The notes: generated by a model from the letters alone, not told the origin. Counted from the first letter of the stretch, positions 50,798 through 64,000 are shown. The stretch: DNA of 64,000 nt from Eledone cirrhosa (GCA_964016885.1 OZ024745.1:122698001-122762000), one strand, 5' to 3'. Program-made: numbers and translations.

Positions 50798-51786
50798 CAG
50801 TGATTCCCAACGTGTGGCGCACACTGCACAAGGAGGCAATTTGAATATTTAAAGGGGTCATTTGAAAATGATGTTAATGAGAACAAACTTTAGGTTTTAC
50901 TTTATTACATTTCATACCAAGGCACCTTTGGTACACATTACTGTCAGAAACTCCTGTCTCACCCCCTCCGCACATGTAACTGTGTGTATCTGGCACCACT
51001 GATATGGTACATATTACTGTCAGAAACTCCTGTCTCACCTCTACCACATGTTACTGTGTATCTGGCACCACTTATATGGTACACATTACTGTCAGAAACT
51101 CCTGTCTCATCTCTACCACATGTTACTGTGTATCTAGCACCACTTATATGGTACACATTACTGTCAGAAACTCCTGTCTCATCTCTACCACATGTTACTG
51201 TGTATCTAGCACCACTTATATGGTACACATTACTGTCAGAAACTCCTGTCTCATCTCTACCACATGTTACTGTGTATCTAGCACCACTTATATGGTACAC
51301 ATTACTGTCAGAAACTCCTGTCTCATCTCTACCACATGTTACTGTGTATCTAGCACCACTTATATGGTACACATTACTGTCAGAAACTCCTGTCTCATCT
51401 CCTCTACACATGTTACTGTGTATCTGGCACCACCTATATGGTACACATTACTGTCAGAAACTCCTGTCTCACCTCCTCCACACATGTTATTGTGTATCTG
51501 GCACCACCTATATGGTACACATTACTGTCAGAAACTCCTGTCTCACCTCCTCCACACATGTTACTGTGTATCTAGCACCACCTATATGGTACACATTACT
51601 GTCAGAAACTCCTGTCTCACCTCCTCCACACATGTTACTGTGTATCTAGCACCACCTATATACCAATTTGTTTATACTTTACAGTTCATCAGTGCTGTTT
51701 TCATATAAATTGTTTTTGGGGAGAGGGCAATAACAATTTTTAAGATGTTGATGTCGGGTGTGGTGCACAAAAGCTGGGAACCACTG
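50798..51786. mobile_element. hAT-type MITE carrying a minisatellite
   Basis: TIR CAGTGATTCCCAAC / GCTGGGAACCACTG; perfect 8-bp TSD ATCTAGTC at 50790-50797 and 51787-51794. Confidence 0.88.
50922..51661. repeat. 72-74-bp minisatellite, about 10 copies
   Basis: Unit GGTACACATTACTGTCAGAAACTCCTGTCTCA...CACATGTTACTGTGTATCTAGCACCACTTATAT. Confidence 0.95.
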
Positions 51787-53237
51787 ATCTAGTCTGTTTG
51801 AAAATTTGACACAATGCTCAAAATATTAGTTCAGTTGTAAGTGATGCTAATATTTGGTGGACCTTTTAAAAAAAAACATTTTATATGATTTAACAGTTCA
51901 AACATTGCTTTCTCATCATTTGCATAAGTCTTAATCCTTGTAAGGTCACTATTAATCCTAAATGTTGATCGTTCATTTTTACCTGTTGATATAATTGTTG
52001 CAAATACCATGGAATGATTAGATGGAGCTTGCTAAACATTATGTTTTCAGAAATAAAGGGATTACTGCAAGAAACTATTTAATTTCTGGAGCAATAAGAA
52101 GTTAAATAAAGTCTTATAGTGCTAGTTAGCAGTTAAATTTATTTACAAGAATGCCAGTCTTAACACAATAGAGCAATGAGGCTAACTGAATTTAATACTA
52201 AATTGTGCTTCAACTTTATCTTTATATATGAAAGGTAGGTAGATATGACGTAATACATTCATTAACAAATTTCTATTGAAATACACTTGTTATGTGCTTC
52301 AAATAATTGTAAAAATAACCAGGAATTTGAAGGAATAAAATAAAATAATTAACTTTGACATTATTAAGTAGGTGCTTGGAACTTTACAAAAGATTTTACA
52401 GAAAATTATAATGGAAAACTTTTCATAAAAATAAATAATTAAAATGAGAGGTTTTCGATTATAGGATCAAGTGCAGTTTCAAGAGGTTTCATCTCAAGAA
52501 GGTTAAAAGAAAGCAATGTCCCATATTTTGCTAAGAGGCATTATTCTGATTGATTTTACATTGATTATTGCTGCACATGAGTGAACACTTATGTCCATGT
52601 AGTTGTGAAACATTGTAAGGAAGTAGAATTGTTCAGGTCAACCATTAATTACGTCTTTGTGAGAAAGATTTTATTGCATAATATATTATCATGCAACTCA
52701 AACTATTCTTGAGACACAAAAATAACCTAATACCATTACATTCATCGTAATAGCAATTAGCTGTATTTATCACTCTTGAATTTATTCCAATATCTTAATA
52801 TCATACTAACTCTGATGTTATGCTATTAATAAGAAATACTATATGATTTTACTCCTATTTACAGATGAAGAATTCATATGATGATGATATTTCAATTTAT
52901 AGTTAAGGATTAGTTTATGAGCTTTAAGATTTTAATGCCAATATCAATTATGTAGGATGTGTTCTGCTGCATCATTTGAGATACTGATTGATATGCCAGG
53001 CTAATGACAAGATCATCTTCTCATAGAATTTATTCTTGGTTTCAACATGCCAATTATAATTTTGTGTTGACATTCTTCTAATATAAGAATCCGAATTCTT
53101 GTGCCAGAATTTAGCCAATTTTCAAGGTAAATTCCTATTGTTCTTTATGTGTACAATTATGTTATCAGAATCTCTATAAATTTGATACCAAAGCAACTGA
53201 ATCCAACCTTCGTACAAAGCTATTTATTTTGAAAAGA

Positions 53238-53666
53238 ACACTGTGCTACCGACAGTGCTTTACACGAGTGAAACCTGGAAGAGCACAGCAAAGATAGAGA
53301 GTTGGCTGAATGCATTCCACCAGCAATGCTTGTGAAGGATGCTTTGTGCATCGTGGTGCTACTGAGTGTGAAATGAGGAAATTCTGTGGATAGCCGAATC
53401 GTGGATGCTGTGGAGGATGGTTATGGAGTGCCAGTGCTACTCTGCACCAATGAATGCCACTTGAAAACAGCAATGAATTGGACTCCACCTGGTGGCAAAC
53501 GGAGGTGGGGTTGCCCCAGGATCACCTAGTGACAAACGTTCCAAAAAGACCAGATGGCAACCAACATCACTTGGCATGGATGCGAAAAAGCCACCGCTGA
53601 TCGTGATCGTTGGCGACTACTCAATGCTCAATGTGCTGAAAGGTGCAGAAGAGACTAAGACTAAGA
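53238..53666 (+). mobile_element. Decayed RTE-clade LINE 3' end with (ACTAAG)n tail
   Basis: PTVLYTSETW...LNAFHQQCL...AMNWTPPGGKRRWGCP...DRDRWR. Confidence 0.75.
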
Positions 53667-53796
53667 TATTTATGTAAAAATATTCCATTTTATGTAAGAA
53701 AATTTGTTAAGTTATATTCCAAACTACAGTTTGATAATGAAGATGTTTGTTATATTCAGCAATTTCTTGGTTATTTCCAAAATGATTTGAAAATGA

Positions 53797-54040
53797 TTCA
53801 CATTGCTCCAGTTTACTCAGCTGTAGAAATTAGATGATAGGGACTCGGGTCCCTATCATTCCACTGCAAAGTGGATGTGTAGGCGCCACGGAAAAAAGCA
53901 CCCAGCACTCACTGTAAATGAGGTTAGTGTTAGGAAGAGCATCCAGCTGTAGAAATCAAGCCAGAATCAGTTCCCGTCCCACCCTTGCATGCAGGGATAA
54001 GCGGACGTAAAATGAAATGATGATGATGATGATGATGATG
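53797..54040 (+). mobile_element. CORE-type SINE, 5'-truncated
   Basis: Matches 8940-9175. Confidence 0.85.
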
Positions 54041-54754
54041 GAGTGTCGTTCATTAGAAATATGGTGTTAATAAGATTAATATACAATTTAGTAGTTTCAG
54101 AATATTTCATCATTTACAAATACCTTAATACTGTAGATTGATCTTCTTACTAACATGTTTCAGCATATACTACTCAGCTTGCTTTGTTTGTAACATTTTT
54201 ATGTACATCTAAATTTTTTTATTTTTTTTATAGCAAATATTGAATAGATAAACTTCAAGAAGCTCTTATAATTGAAACATTGTCAATTTAACATAACACT
54301 TTGAAGTGTGGAATGCTCCCTAAAGTACCAAGTTCACACCTTGTAACCATTTATTTCATCAATCAGTAATCTGGTAGCAGCTTTTATAAACATTAATAAA
54401 ATATGAGCTTTATAACATTTCAGCTTGGAAAAGTCTTAATAATTAAAAAGAATACTATTGGGCAATGTTGTTTAAATATTGTTTCAACATTGAGTTAACT
54501 TTACATTAATGACCAGCATCTGGAAAGAAAATCAAGGGAATTTATGTGGAAAGAGTGAGTTAATAATAAATGATCAGTTTATCAATTACGGGTTTGAATA
54601 AAGTAATATAAAGTCTCCAAGAACTAAAAAGAATGATAATTTGTGTAAGGAAGTATCATCCATGGTGTGTATCTCAACATTTCAACATTTTATCTTATCT
54701 GGGGGTGGGTGGAGGTAACAGGATTAAGAAAATTCTGGATAAAATGCCTTCAAT

Positions 54755-55172
54755 TTGGCGTTATGTAGTAATACAGAAGACCCGACTTCCCATGGGTACA
54801 AGCTGAAGCTGAAGCATATAGACAGTGTGTCCCCACCCCTCCCACTGTAAAGTGGTCGTGCAGGTGTCACAACAAAAGCACCCAGTCCACACTGTAAAGT
54901 GGTCATGGAGGTGTCACAACAAAAAGCACCAAGTCTACACTGTAAAGTGGTTGTGTAGGTGCCACAGTTAAAAAGCACCCAGCACTCACTGTAAATGAGG
55001 TTGGTGTTAGGAAGGGCATCCAGCTGTAGAAATCAAGCCAAAATCAGTTCCATATGAGCAACACAAGGTCACCTGACCTGGCATTGCCCACAACAGGACA
55101 ACCTGTCTAACCCATGCTAGCGTGGAAGAATGGACATAAAGCGATGATGAGGATGATGATGATGATGATGAT
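54755..55172 (+). mobile_element. 3' UTR of the PHD-containing RTE family
   Basis: Starts at the ORF end (GTAATACAGAAGACCCGAC); three ~48-bp CACTGTAAAGTGG...AAAAGCACC units; same tail type as 19691. Confidence 0.85.
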
Positions 55173-55416
55173 TTAATTATATCTGTTTAAGACTTAAGTT
55201 CAAATTCTGCTAGTATTGACTTTGTTTCCCAGATGGATAAAAAGTATGTATCACTCACATATATTTAATCTGTTTGGCACCAATTCACCTGAAACTACAA
55301 CTCACTTTGCAATGCAAAACATCTAATTACAAATTGTTCAAATTCAAATTCAAACCATCTTTATAATTTTATGTACAAAACAAACTTTTAATTTATGTTC
55401 TAAATGCCAGCTTAAA

Positions 55417-55605
55417 AATTGTTTCTACTTTTGGCACAAGGCCAGCAATTAACCCAGTACATTACTGGTACTTTATTTTATCGACCCCGTAAGGATGAAA
55501 GGCAAAGTTAACGTCGGCGGGCTTTGAACTCAGACCATAAAGGATCATAACTATGCTGCAAAGCATGGCATCTGACCCTCTACTGATACTGCCAATTCAC
55601 CGCCC
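55417..55605 (-). mobile_element. Family A SINE
   Basis: Match to the family. Confidence 0.85.
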
Positions 55606-55618
55606 TTAATTGTATTAA

Positions 55619-55824
55619 CTCTTTAGCATTTAAACCAGCCATATGCAGTCAGAATTCTCTCACCACTTTCTGTTCAAACTGGCCATAACTGGCCACTCAT
55701 ACTTATGTTAAGGTATTGTTCTCAAAATAAATAATATCAAAATCTCAGAGATTCAACATTATGTGAGATAATTATGTGAGGTAAAGTCTTTACCATGAAA
55801 ATATAATAGTAGATATAGAGTAAT
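55619..55824 (+). mobile_element. Family B MITE, right TIR lost
   Basis: Left TTAA and TIR present; breaks into (CAT)n. Confidence 0.8.
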
Positions 55825-55948
55825 CATCATCATCAGAGAGGGAGGGCAGGGGAGATGGGAGAGAAGGAGAAGGAAAGGGGGAGAGAGAGAAGGAAAGGGA
55901 GAGAGAGAAGGAAAGGGAGGGAGAGAGAGAGAGAAGGATATATATATA

Positions 55949-56341
55949 TGAGGGCAATCCTAAAAGTAAGGTCTCCTTCCGATATTGCAATTTTTTCCGT
56001 TAAAATCCTGTGGACGGTGCTTCGGGAAACCTCAGGAACCAAAATGCAGAGAGCATCCAGAGTGATCCACCGATCTTTACGCATGTTTTCCTCGGAAGGA
56101 GACCTTACTTTTGGGATTGCCCTCGTATATAATAGCTGCGCGAAATTCTCACTTGGCGGTAGCGTTCAACGGGAGCTCCATTCTCAACGGCTGCCAAGCC
56201 AAGATTGAGCATTCCAGCGAAGTGTGCGCATGCTTGTTTGGGAGTGAAGGAGGCACCAATCACAACAGTGTTGCCAACAGCCGTACAAACAGTTTCTCTG
56301 TCTCCATCGCTTTGGAGACCTTACTTTTGGGATTACCCTCC
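55949..56341 (-). mobile_element. mariner deletion derivative with three TIRs
   Basis: TIR GAGGG(C/T)AATCC(C/T)AAAAGTAAGGTCTCC at 55949, 56125 and 56341, each next to TA; transposase remnant DRWITLDAL...VSRSTVHRIL. Confidence 0.85.
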
Positions 56342-56485
56342 TATATATATATATATAGAGAGAGGGGGGGGATATGAATAGATTGGATAGGAATAGATCA
56401 AAAGTCCTTCCTTGCTATTAAACTAGGACTGTATGGTGGGTAGTTTAGAGGGTGGGTAGGGTAGAAGATAGGGGCAACAGTAATA

Positions 56486-57635
56486 CAGTGAACATGTGGT
56501 ATAGAGGGTGGGTAGGGTAGTAGATAGGGGTACCAGTGAACATGTGGTATAGAAGGTGGGTAGGGCAGTAGATGGAGGTAACAGTGAACATGTGGTATAG
56601 AGGGTGGGTAGGGTAGTAGATGGAGGTACCAGTGAACATGTGGTATAGAAGGTGGGTAGGGCAGTAGATAGGGGTACCAGTGAACATGTGGTATAGAAGG
56701 TGGGTAGGGCAGTAGATGGAGGTAACAGTGAACATGTGGTATAGAGGGTGGGTAGGGTAGTAGATGGAGGTACCAGTGAACATGTGGTATAGAAGGTGGG
56801 TAGGGCAGTAGATGGAGGTACCAGTGAACATGTGGTATAGAAGGTGGGTAGGGCAGTAGATGGAGGTAACAGTGAACATGTGGTATAGAAGGTGGGTAGG
56901 GCAGTAGATGGAGGTAACAGTGAACATGTGGTATAGAAGGTGGGTAGGGTAGTAGATGGAGGTACCAGTGAACATGTGGTATAGAGGGTGGGTAGGGTAG
57001 TAGATGGAGGTACCAGTGAACATGTGGTATAGAAGGTGGGTAGGGTAGTAGATGGGGGTACCAGTGAACATGTGGTATAGAAGGTGGGTAGGGCAGTAGA
57101 TGGAGGTACCAGTGAACATGTGGTATAGAAGGTGGGTAGGGTAGTAGATGGAGGTACCAGTGAACATGTGGTATAGAGGGTGGGTAGGGTAGTAGATGGA
57201 GGTACCAGTGAACATGTGGTATAGAAGGTGGGTAGGGCAGTAGATGGAGGTACCAGTGAACATGTGGTATAGAAGGTGGGTAGGGCAGTAGATGGAGGTA
57301 CCAGTGAACATGTGGTATAGAAGGTGGGTAGGGTAGTAGATGGAGGTACCAGTGAACATGTGGTATAGAGGGTGGGTAGGGTAGTAGATGGAGGTACCAG
57401 TGAACATGTGGTATAGAAGGTGGGTAGGGTAGTAGATGGAGGTACCAGTGAACATGTGGTATAGAGGGTGGGTAGGGTAGTAGATGGAGGTAACAGTGAA
57501 CATGTGGTATAGAGGGTGGGTAGGGCAGTAGATGGAGGTACCAGTGAACATGTGGTATAGAAGGTGGGTAGGGCAGTAGATGGAGGTAACAGTGAACATG
57601 TGGTATAGAAGGTGGGTAGGGCAGTAGATGGAGGT
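56486..57635. repeat. 48-bp G-rich minisatellite, 24 copies
   Basis: Unit CAGTGAACATGTGGTATAGA(A/G)GGTGGGTAGGG(C/T)AGTAGATGGAGGTA(C/A). Confidence 0.97.
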
Positions 57636-58258
57636 GGCATTAATAACATGTACAAGAGACCCAATGGTATAATATACACCTCAGCCCCTATCTTCTTCAT
57701 ATTAATAACCATTTCAACATTCTCATCCTAGGGTGTGGGTCTTCTCCTGCACTGCATTATGCCAGTCATCAGAGTCCTTTCTTATCTCCTTTATGGGGTT
57801 AGTCTTCACTATTTTATCCTATATCTTCTTTGGCCTCTCTCTTGTACAGGTTCCATACACTTCAGGCACTTGACACTTGTTTATACAACTGCTATCCTCC
57901 ATTCACATCAAATACCTAAGCCTGTGCCAGACTTGCCAACCTCTAAAAACACAAATGGAGAATACCATGAAAAAAGGCTGCTCCAAAACGGGGAGAAATG
58001 AGGCAAAATGGGGAGATTTTACATAATGAAAACTATACCCATTTTCACAAGAGAAGACATCTCTCACCCACCCCAAAGTGGGAGGGAGATCTCCTCCTCG
58101 GATGGGGATAATTGACAGATCTTGTACACTCTTGTACACTACATCTGATTTTTCTTATATTTATCTTTTCCCCCAGTTTACTACAGTCAAACAATATTTT
58201 AGATACAAACTAAAATCTCTATGTCAGCACAGTCTTCATTATTAAGAAGTGCAATATC

Positions 58259-58643
58259 AAGGCGCGTGGCTTTGTGGGTAATGATTCGGCTTACAATCAT
58301 GTGGTTGTGAGTTCGATTTCCGGCGGCGCATCGTGTCCTTGGGCAAGACACTTTATTTCATGTTGCATCAGTCCACTCAGCTGGTAAAAGTGAGTTGCAT
58401 CAGTAATTCGAATGGCCAGCCTTTTCACATTCCATGTTACGCGGAATCTCCCTGAGAACTACGTTTGGCAGTATTGGTAGAGTGTCGGATGCCATGCTTT
58501 CGCGCATAGAGTTACGTCCCTTGCCATTCTGAGTTCAAATCCCGCCGAGGTTAACTTTGCCTTTCATCCTTACGGGGTCGATAAAATAAAGTACCAGTAA
58601 TACACTGGGTAATTGCTGGCCTTGTGCCTAACGTAGAAACAAT
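58259..58643 (+). mobile_element. Chimeric SINE: CORE-type 5' half fused to a family A SINE
   Basis: Junction GAGAACTACGT|TTGGCAGTAT at ~58463; ATTATTAAGAA flanks the whole unit. Confidence 0.8.
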
Positions 58644-59449
58644 TATTAAGAAAGTAAGCAAAGCAGAAATGTCCCGACAGCTTTTAAAATTGACATAAAA
58701 ACTTTAAATACAACATGAAGAATAGAAGATAATTATATCTATGACTGTAAAAATTATTTTCTGAATTAACCTTTTCAAAAAGAGATTACAAAACCAATGA
58801 ACTATCATCACATGTAAATTCTATAACACATATTAATTTATATTGATTGCATTTTGTATCTATAATAGATGAAATAGTATTGCAGACTTTCTACTTATAT
58901 ATGTTCCTATATGTATCTTACAATGTATGATGCTGCTTTCATGACATATGATTTCAATATAATACGAAATGTAGTTTATATCACATTCTACAACAAAGCA
59001 AATAATACAAAAGAATCTCTTTACTGTCATTTGCAGAAGTATGATGCATACATCAAAATTCACTTCGATACGATATTAAAAGTTAAGTACCGAAAATAAA
59101 TTTGATCAGATATAAAGCAATAATGGAAAGTTATAGAATAAAGTATATATTAAATATATGCATTAGGCATCAGAGTCTTTCTCACTGTCAATTTAATTTG
59201 GATGCATCCAACTATAAATCAACTTCTTTTAGATGTGTTTATATTTCTATTCATACTCGTGGAAGTGAGGTGTCATGGCAAGAGCCACTGTCCTATGGTG
59301 AGGTGAAACACCTGACCTGGTGTAATGTCATGTGATGTCTGGGTTTCCATGACACTGCCAATCCTCTTCCTCTTGTTTAGTCTCTGACCTTGTGACCAAA
59401 TATTTGTGTGTTATACATACAATGGGATGGCTAACGGGACATATATTAA

Positions 59450-59652
59450 CGCAGCTAGAATTTAAACCAGCTGTATCCAGCCAGAATTATCTCACCTCTT
59501 ACTGTTCAAACTGGCCATAACTGGCCACTCATATTACGGTATTGTTCTCAAAATAAATAATATCAAAATCTCATAGATTCTATATTATGTAAGTTAAAGC
59601 CTTTACCTTAAACATACAATAGTATATATAGAGTAATGTAAATGGTGAAGGG
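59450..59652 (+). mobile_element. Family B MITE with degenerate TIRs
   Basis: Internal match to the family; TTAA flanks. Confidence 0.8.
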
Positions 59653-62141
59653 TTAAGCTGCGGCAAGTCTAGGAAGCTGGTAGTGAATTTTGTGTTGCTC
59701 AAAGTAATCACAGAAGGTCTTGTTGAAAAATACTAAAATCTGAATCTTGAATATAGAGTGGATTCAATAGTTTTGTAGATTGATGACTAGTATTATCAGT
59801 GAAGCAAAGTGTATGTGTATGTATATGTGTGTCTGTGAGTGCATGTATTTGCATGGGTGTGTGTGTAGTCATGTCAGAGAGACACTCCTGGAAATTGAGG
59901 ACAATAGAACAGTGGTAGTGACTTATTTAGCTGCGAGACTTAATCTCGTGAGTTGTTAGTAGATTACCAAACAAAATCAATCAGTGATTTAATTTTAAAT
60001 GATTGATTTAACTATATAATGATTACAATCCTTCAGCATATACCTGTTCAATCTCAATTTAAATAACATGTAGCTTAATTCTCTCTGGAATTACCATGAA
60101 TATGATTAGACCCTGTGACAACATTTGCATCGTAATTAGGTTTAGTTGTCTATCTGAAAACTTTCTCTGAAAGGATTAACTCTCAGAAAAACATTAAATC
60201 ATTCTGGAATGTTTTCTGAATCCAACAAATACATTTTAAAACATACACATCATCATCATCATCAACGTTTAATGTCTATCTTCCACGCTAGCATGGGTTT
60301 AGACGTAAGTACACACTCTTTACAAAATAGAAGAATATTTAGAAACACAATACTGTTTTATAACAGCGAAGGGTATCATAAAAAAAACAAAAAAATGTTC
60401 TTTCTGAAATGTTAAAGAATCTGATGCCCTGGCACTGTTTTCTAGAATTATAAAGCAGGTGCATTAAGTTTAAACAATAGGTTAAATGCAAATAAGCGAA
60501 AATAATGCGTAATAGGTGTTGAGAGGTGGGGGAATAAATAAATAAAGCATTGTCTATTAAAAATGTTATCGATTTTACCCTTTCTTTGGCTTTTAAAAAG
60601 AATCTAATCATGAATTGTTATGATTTTTACTTAAGTTTATTGATTTCATTTATTCTACTCTTCCTAGCTAAAGCATTCATGGAACTGGAAATTTATTTAA
60701 GAGAAGAGAGAACAGTAGATCTGGTAGATGAATAAAACGCTGGGTAATTATTGATTTTTAAAGTAAACAATCACTGTTTATCAGTATTGATTTTTAATTG
60801 GCAGCATTTCTTTATTTCATTTTCATTTTGATGATGATAATTCAACCTCGAGCATTTGGAAAGTCTTATAAGTACAAATATCAATTCAGTAATAGTATTC
60901 TTTGATGGTTGATTGCTTTCTACCTGATCTGAAGTGTTACACTACTTTTCAGTTTTTAAATACTACTTTAATGGTACTATCTCTCTTCATTTCTTTCTGT
61001 TTAGCTCAGTTAGCAATTAGTACACTTTTCTGAGTTACTTTCAGATAATAGCATCAATATAATAGCTTTAACATAATGATGGTTTAACTGATCGAGCTTT
61101 TATAATTGAAATTAAACAAAAATAAATAGACATGATGAGGAATAATTCAGTATTTGATTTTTTTCGCAATTAAATTTCCAATAAATACATCATTGGTTAA
61201 TTGTCATGACACATTGTTTTCATATTTTGGTCAGAAAAATTATGTAAATAAAGGTTTCTATTTCAGTGTCATTATGAAAATAACGAAGGAAAAATTAAGT
61301 ATCACAAGTAATAGCAAGTTTCCTTTTATGACATTAGACAAAAGCATAGAAAAAAATCATGTTCTGTTTACAAATGTTAATTTAAAAAAAAATCTATACA
61401 CAGTCCAAGCAAACATGTTTAATGGTAATTATTACTTGAGATGAAATTTTCAGCAACAATTTGCTTTTTTTTTACATTGTCTATTCTGGCATATGAGAAA
61501 GGATAAACCTATAACTTCCTTCACAGCATTAAATATATTTGTCTCTCTTATTTCTTCATATAGGGTTCTCTTAAGTCTATTGTATTTTGTTAATGTCTTT
61601 CTGATATTCATGACCATATTTTTAATGAAATGCACTTTATTAAGTTAATATATAATTTAGAGGGATTTACTAAGATTATTAATTTAATTATTTCATTATC
61701 AAGTTGGTACTTGTCAGATAATTTAACAAAAGGTTCTCATATCTAATTGTACTTTAATTTAAGTAGAAAGGTTTTAAAATGGGTGGTTATATTTCATAGA
61801 GCCAGACAAGGTTTTGGGTGGGTTGGTATTAAAAGAGTTAAGAAGTTATACTTTCTGAATATTCAAAATAAAGGTATATATGGCTCTATGTACAATACAT
61901 TTATGTGTAATGAATACACCTATAGTCTTGGTCTAAGAATACTATGTACATGTATTTCAGGATTATCTTCAGAAATCACTTACTTACTCTAAGATACTGA
62001 AGTAGAGAAGACATAAAAGTCTTATACACTTTCATAACATATTTACATATAGTGCAAGCTTAACTGGCTTACTAGTAATTAGCCATAGTGTAATTCAGAA
62101 TAAAGCCATATAAGGTTACATATACAATATCATCAGTTTAA

Positions 62142-62367
62142 CCCTTTAACATTTAAACTGTCCATATCCAACCAGAATTATCTCATCTCTTTCTGTTCAA
62201 ACGAAACCAGCCATAACTGGCCACTCATACTGATATTAAGGTATTGTTCTCAAAATAAATAATATCAAAATCTCATAGATTCGATATTATGTGAGATAAT
62301 TATTTGAGGTAAAGCCTTTGCCACTAAAATACAATAGTAAATATAGAGTAATGTAAATGCTAGAGGG
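62142..62367 (+). mobile_element. Family B MITE
   Basis: TIRs and TTAA flanks. Confidence 0.9.
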
Positions 62368-62519
62368 TTAACATCTATTTTCCATGCTTGCATGGGTTAG
62401 ACAAGCTGGATATATCAGATGACTACATCATGCTTATGCAATCTATTTGGGGTTTCATTTTCTATGGCTGGATGCCTTTCCTAATACCAACCACATCACA
62501 ACAATACATTTAGGCATAA

Positions 62520-62727
62520 CTAGCAAAAGAGCCTGTTGTTGCTGGGCACACCTTTCACCACTATAAATAAAGACCCCCCCCCTCCACTCTCTCATCAACA
62601 TGGCCGTCTTTAAATAGCCTCAGAACTCTGAGATTTTAGGGGAGAGCAAGATTTAAACTATTTGTTTACATGCTCCGGAGGCTAAATAACCTATGTATAC
62701 AGACATTTTCGTTTTTATATATCTAGA
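62520..62727 (-). mobile_element. Possible non-autonomous Helitron
   Basis: Minus strand starts A^TC and ends CTAG^T, with a degenerate GC hairpin (GCCCAGCAACAACAGGC) about 10 nt before CTAG. Confidence 0.5.
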
Positions 62728-64000
62728 TAAACATACAAGTAATCTCGCAGTATTTTAAGCTGTGGTCATGTTAGAGCTATCTGAGAACCTGTGCAGACAC
62801 TTACTCCAAGATACTGGTTGCAGTCTAATAACTAGAACTGGTAACAAAAAAAAATAATAATCAAAGAAAAATTCATTATTGTATTAGGAAAAAAAAAAAA
62901 TTGCTAGTAAATTGTTTGAAAATATATTTAAACCTAAAATTATTCCCATTCTATACCTTACATATTTGAGTAGTATTCTGACACATGTCTTAGAATAGAT
63001 GCTAGATCAATATTTGTATACTGTTAATGATGTATCAAAATAATAATGACATCATGCCAAGACTATTAGCTGATATTTATATAAATAGATGTATCATTTG
63101 AATAACTAATAAGTTCATTTCTTAAATTACGTTTTATATTATTCTCATAGAACACATTTAACTCTTTTGTTACCATATTTCTAATGAAAGTTTCTATCAA
63201 TATTGTTATACTTTGGGAGGGTCAAATAGTTTTGAAAAAAAAAAGAATTTTGAGAAATTTAGTAATATAACTAACTTCCTCACTATTAAGCTGGTATTTA
63301 GATTATAACTACAGAAAAGTAATTGCATAAAACTATGGTGAAAGGTTTAGATAAAATATAAACACTTTAAAATAAAGAATAGGCTTTGTAGCTGGTAAAC
63401 CCTAAAGGGACACAACACACATCGCTATAGCGATTTATGTATTTATGTGTAGATGTGTGTGTATGTAACTAAAGTGTAGTGTACACACGAACGAATAAAC
63501 AACTAAATGATTTTAACTTGTTTTTTAACAATTGATGGTGGAAAAAATTTTAAGTTGTCTTAATAATTGTCTTAACTCAGGCCACAACTCCTGGTGTCTG
63601 GCACTTTTACTGGCTACACAGGCTCTTCCTTAAAATAAAAAAACTTTTATCATAGAACCAGGGGCAGTTAAAGCAAATTTTTATCAAATGTTTTACCCAA
63701 TATCTCTTTTAAAGGTATATTTTTTATAACAAATACATAGTTTGTTTCTTAAATTAGGTTTTATATTATTCCCTCGAAACATATTTAAAGCAGTCACAGA
63801 GCGTTATTTCCTGTGGGTAATAAGCTAAAAGCATACATCCAGTACAGGACCAATTAAGACATGAACTGAATAATTATAGAAATAATTAGGAGATGAAATG
63901 ACATTTAATTTCAGATTTTAACTGTTCACTACCTAATAATTTACTAAATACAAATTGCTTAGAATGGAGATTCTTAAATAAAATAATAATAGGTAATTAA

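Noticed and set aside
50959-51708. Repeat-protein ORFs or a CRISPR-like array
   Set aside because: Units are contiguous with no unique spacers, the frame shifts when the unit changes from 72 to 74 bp, and the DNA is eukaryotic with no cas genes.
56423-57712. 429-aa mucin-like ORF
   Set aside because: Arises from a 48-bp tandem repeat that is open in two frames; no independent coding evidence.

Overview
AT-rich, repeat-saturated animal genomic DNA, most likely intronic or intergenic. The SINE families, RTE LINEs and dense (TA)n/(CAT)n microsatellites point to an octopod cephalopod (inferred from family resemblance, not a database search). I can support no intact host protein-coding gene; every convincing ORF is a decayed retrotransposon or transposon fragment. 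Contents: about 25 copies of a tRNA-derived OK/Meta-type SINE, several CORE-type SINEs with RTE-like tails, about 15 copies of a ~220-bp TTAA-flanked piggyBac-type MITE, hAT, mariner and Helitron non-autonomous elements, two long RTE LINE copies, a Tx1/L1 LINE, two R4/Dong 3' ends, a Vingi-like 3' end and several minisatellites (39, 48, 60 and 72-74 bp units). Most notable: (1) at least three distinct type I hammerhead ribozyme motifs in non-coding, (TA)n-adjacent elements resembling Penelope pseudo-LTRs or retrozymes; (2) an RTE insertion with a twin-priming-type 5' inversion bounded by one TSD; (3) a C4HC3 PHD finger inside the RT domain of an RTE whose 3' end is built from modules shared with SINEs, with different tails in different copies; (4) a (TAA)n-associated nest of Dong, Tx1 and SINE insertions. 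Coordinates were read by eye and may be off by a few bases.
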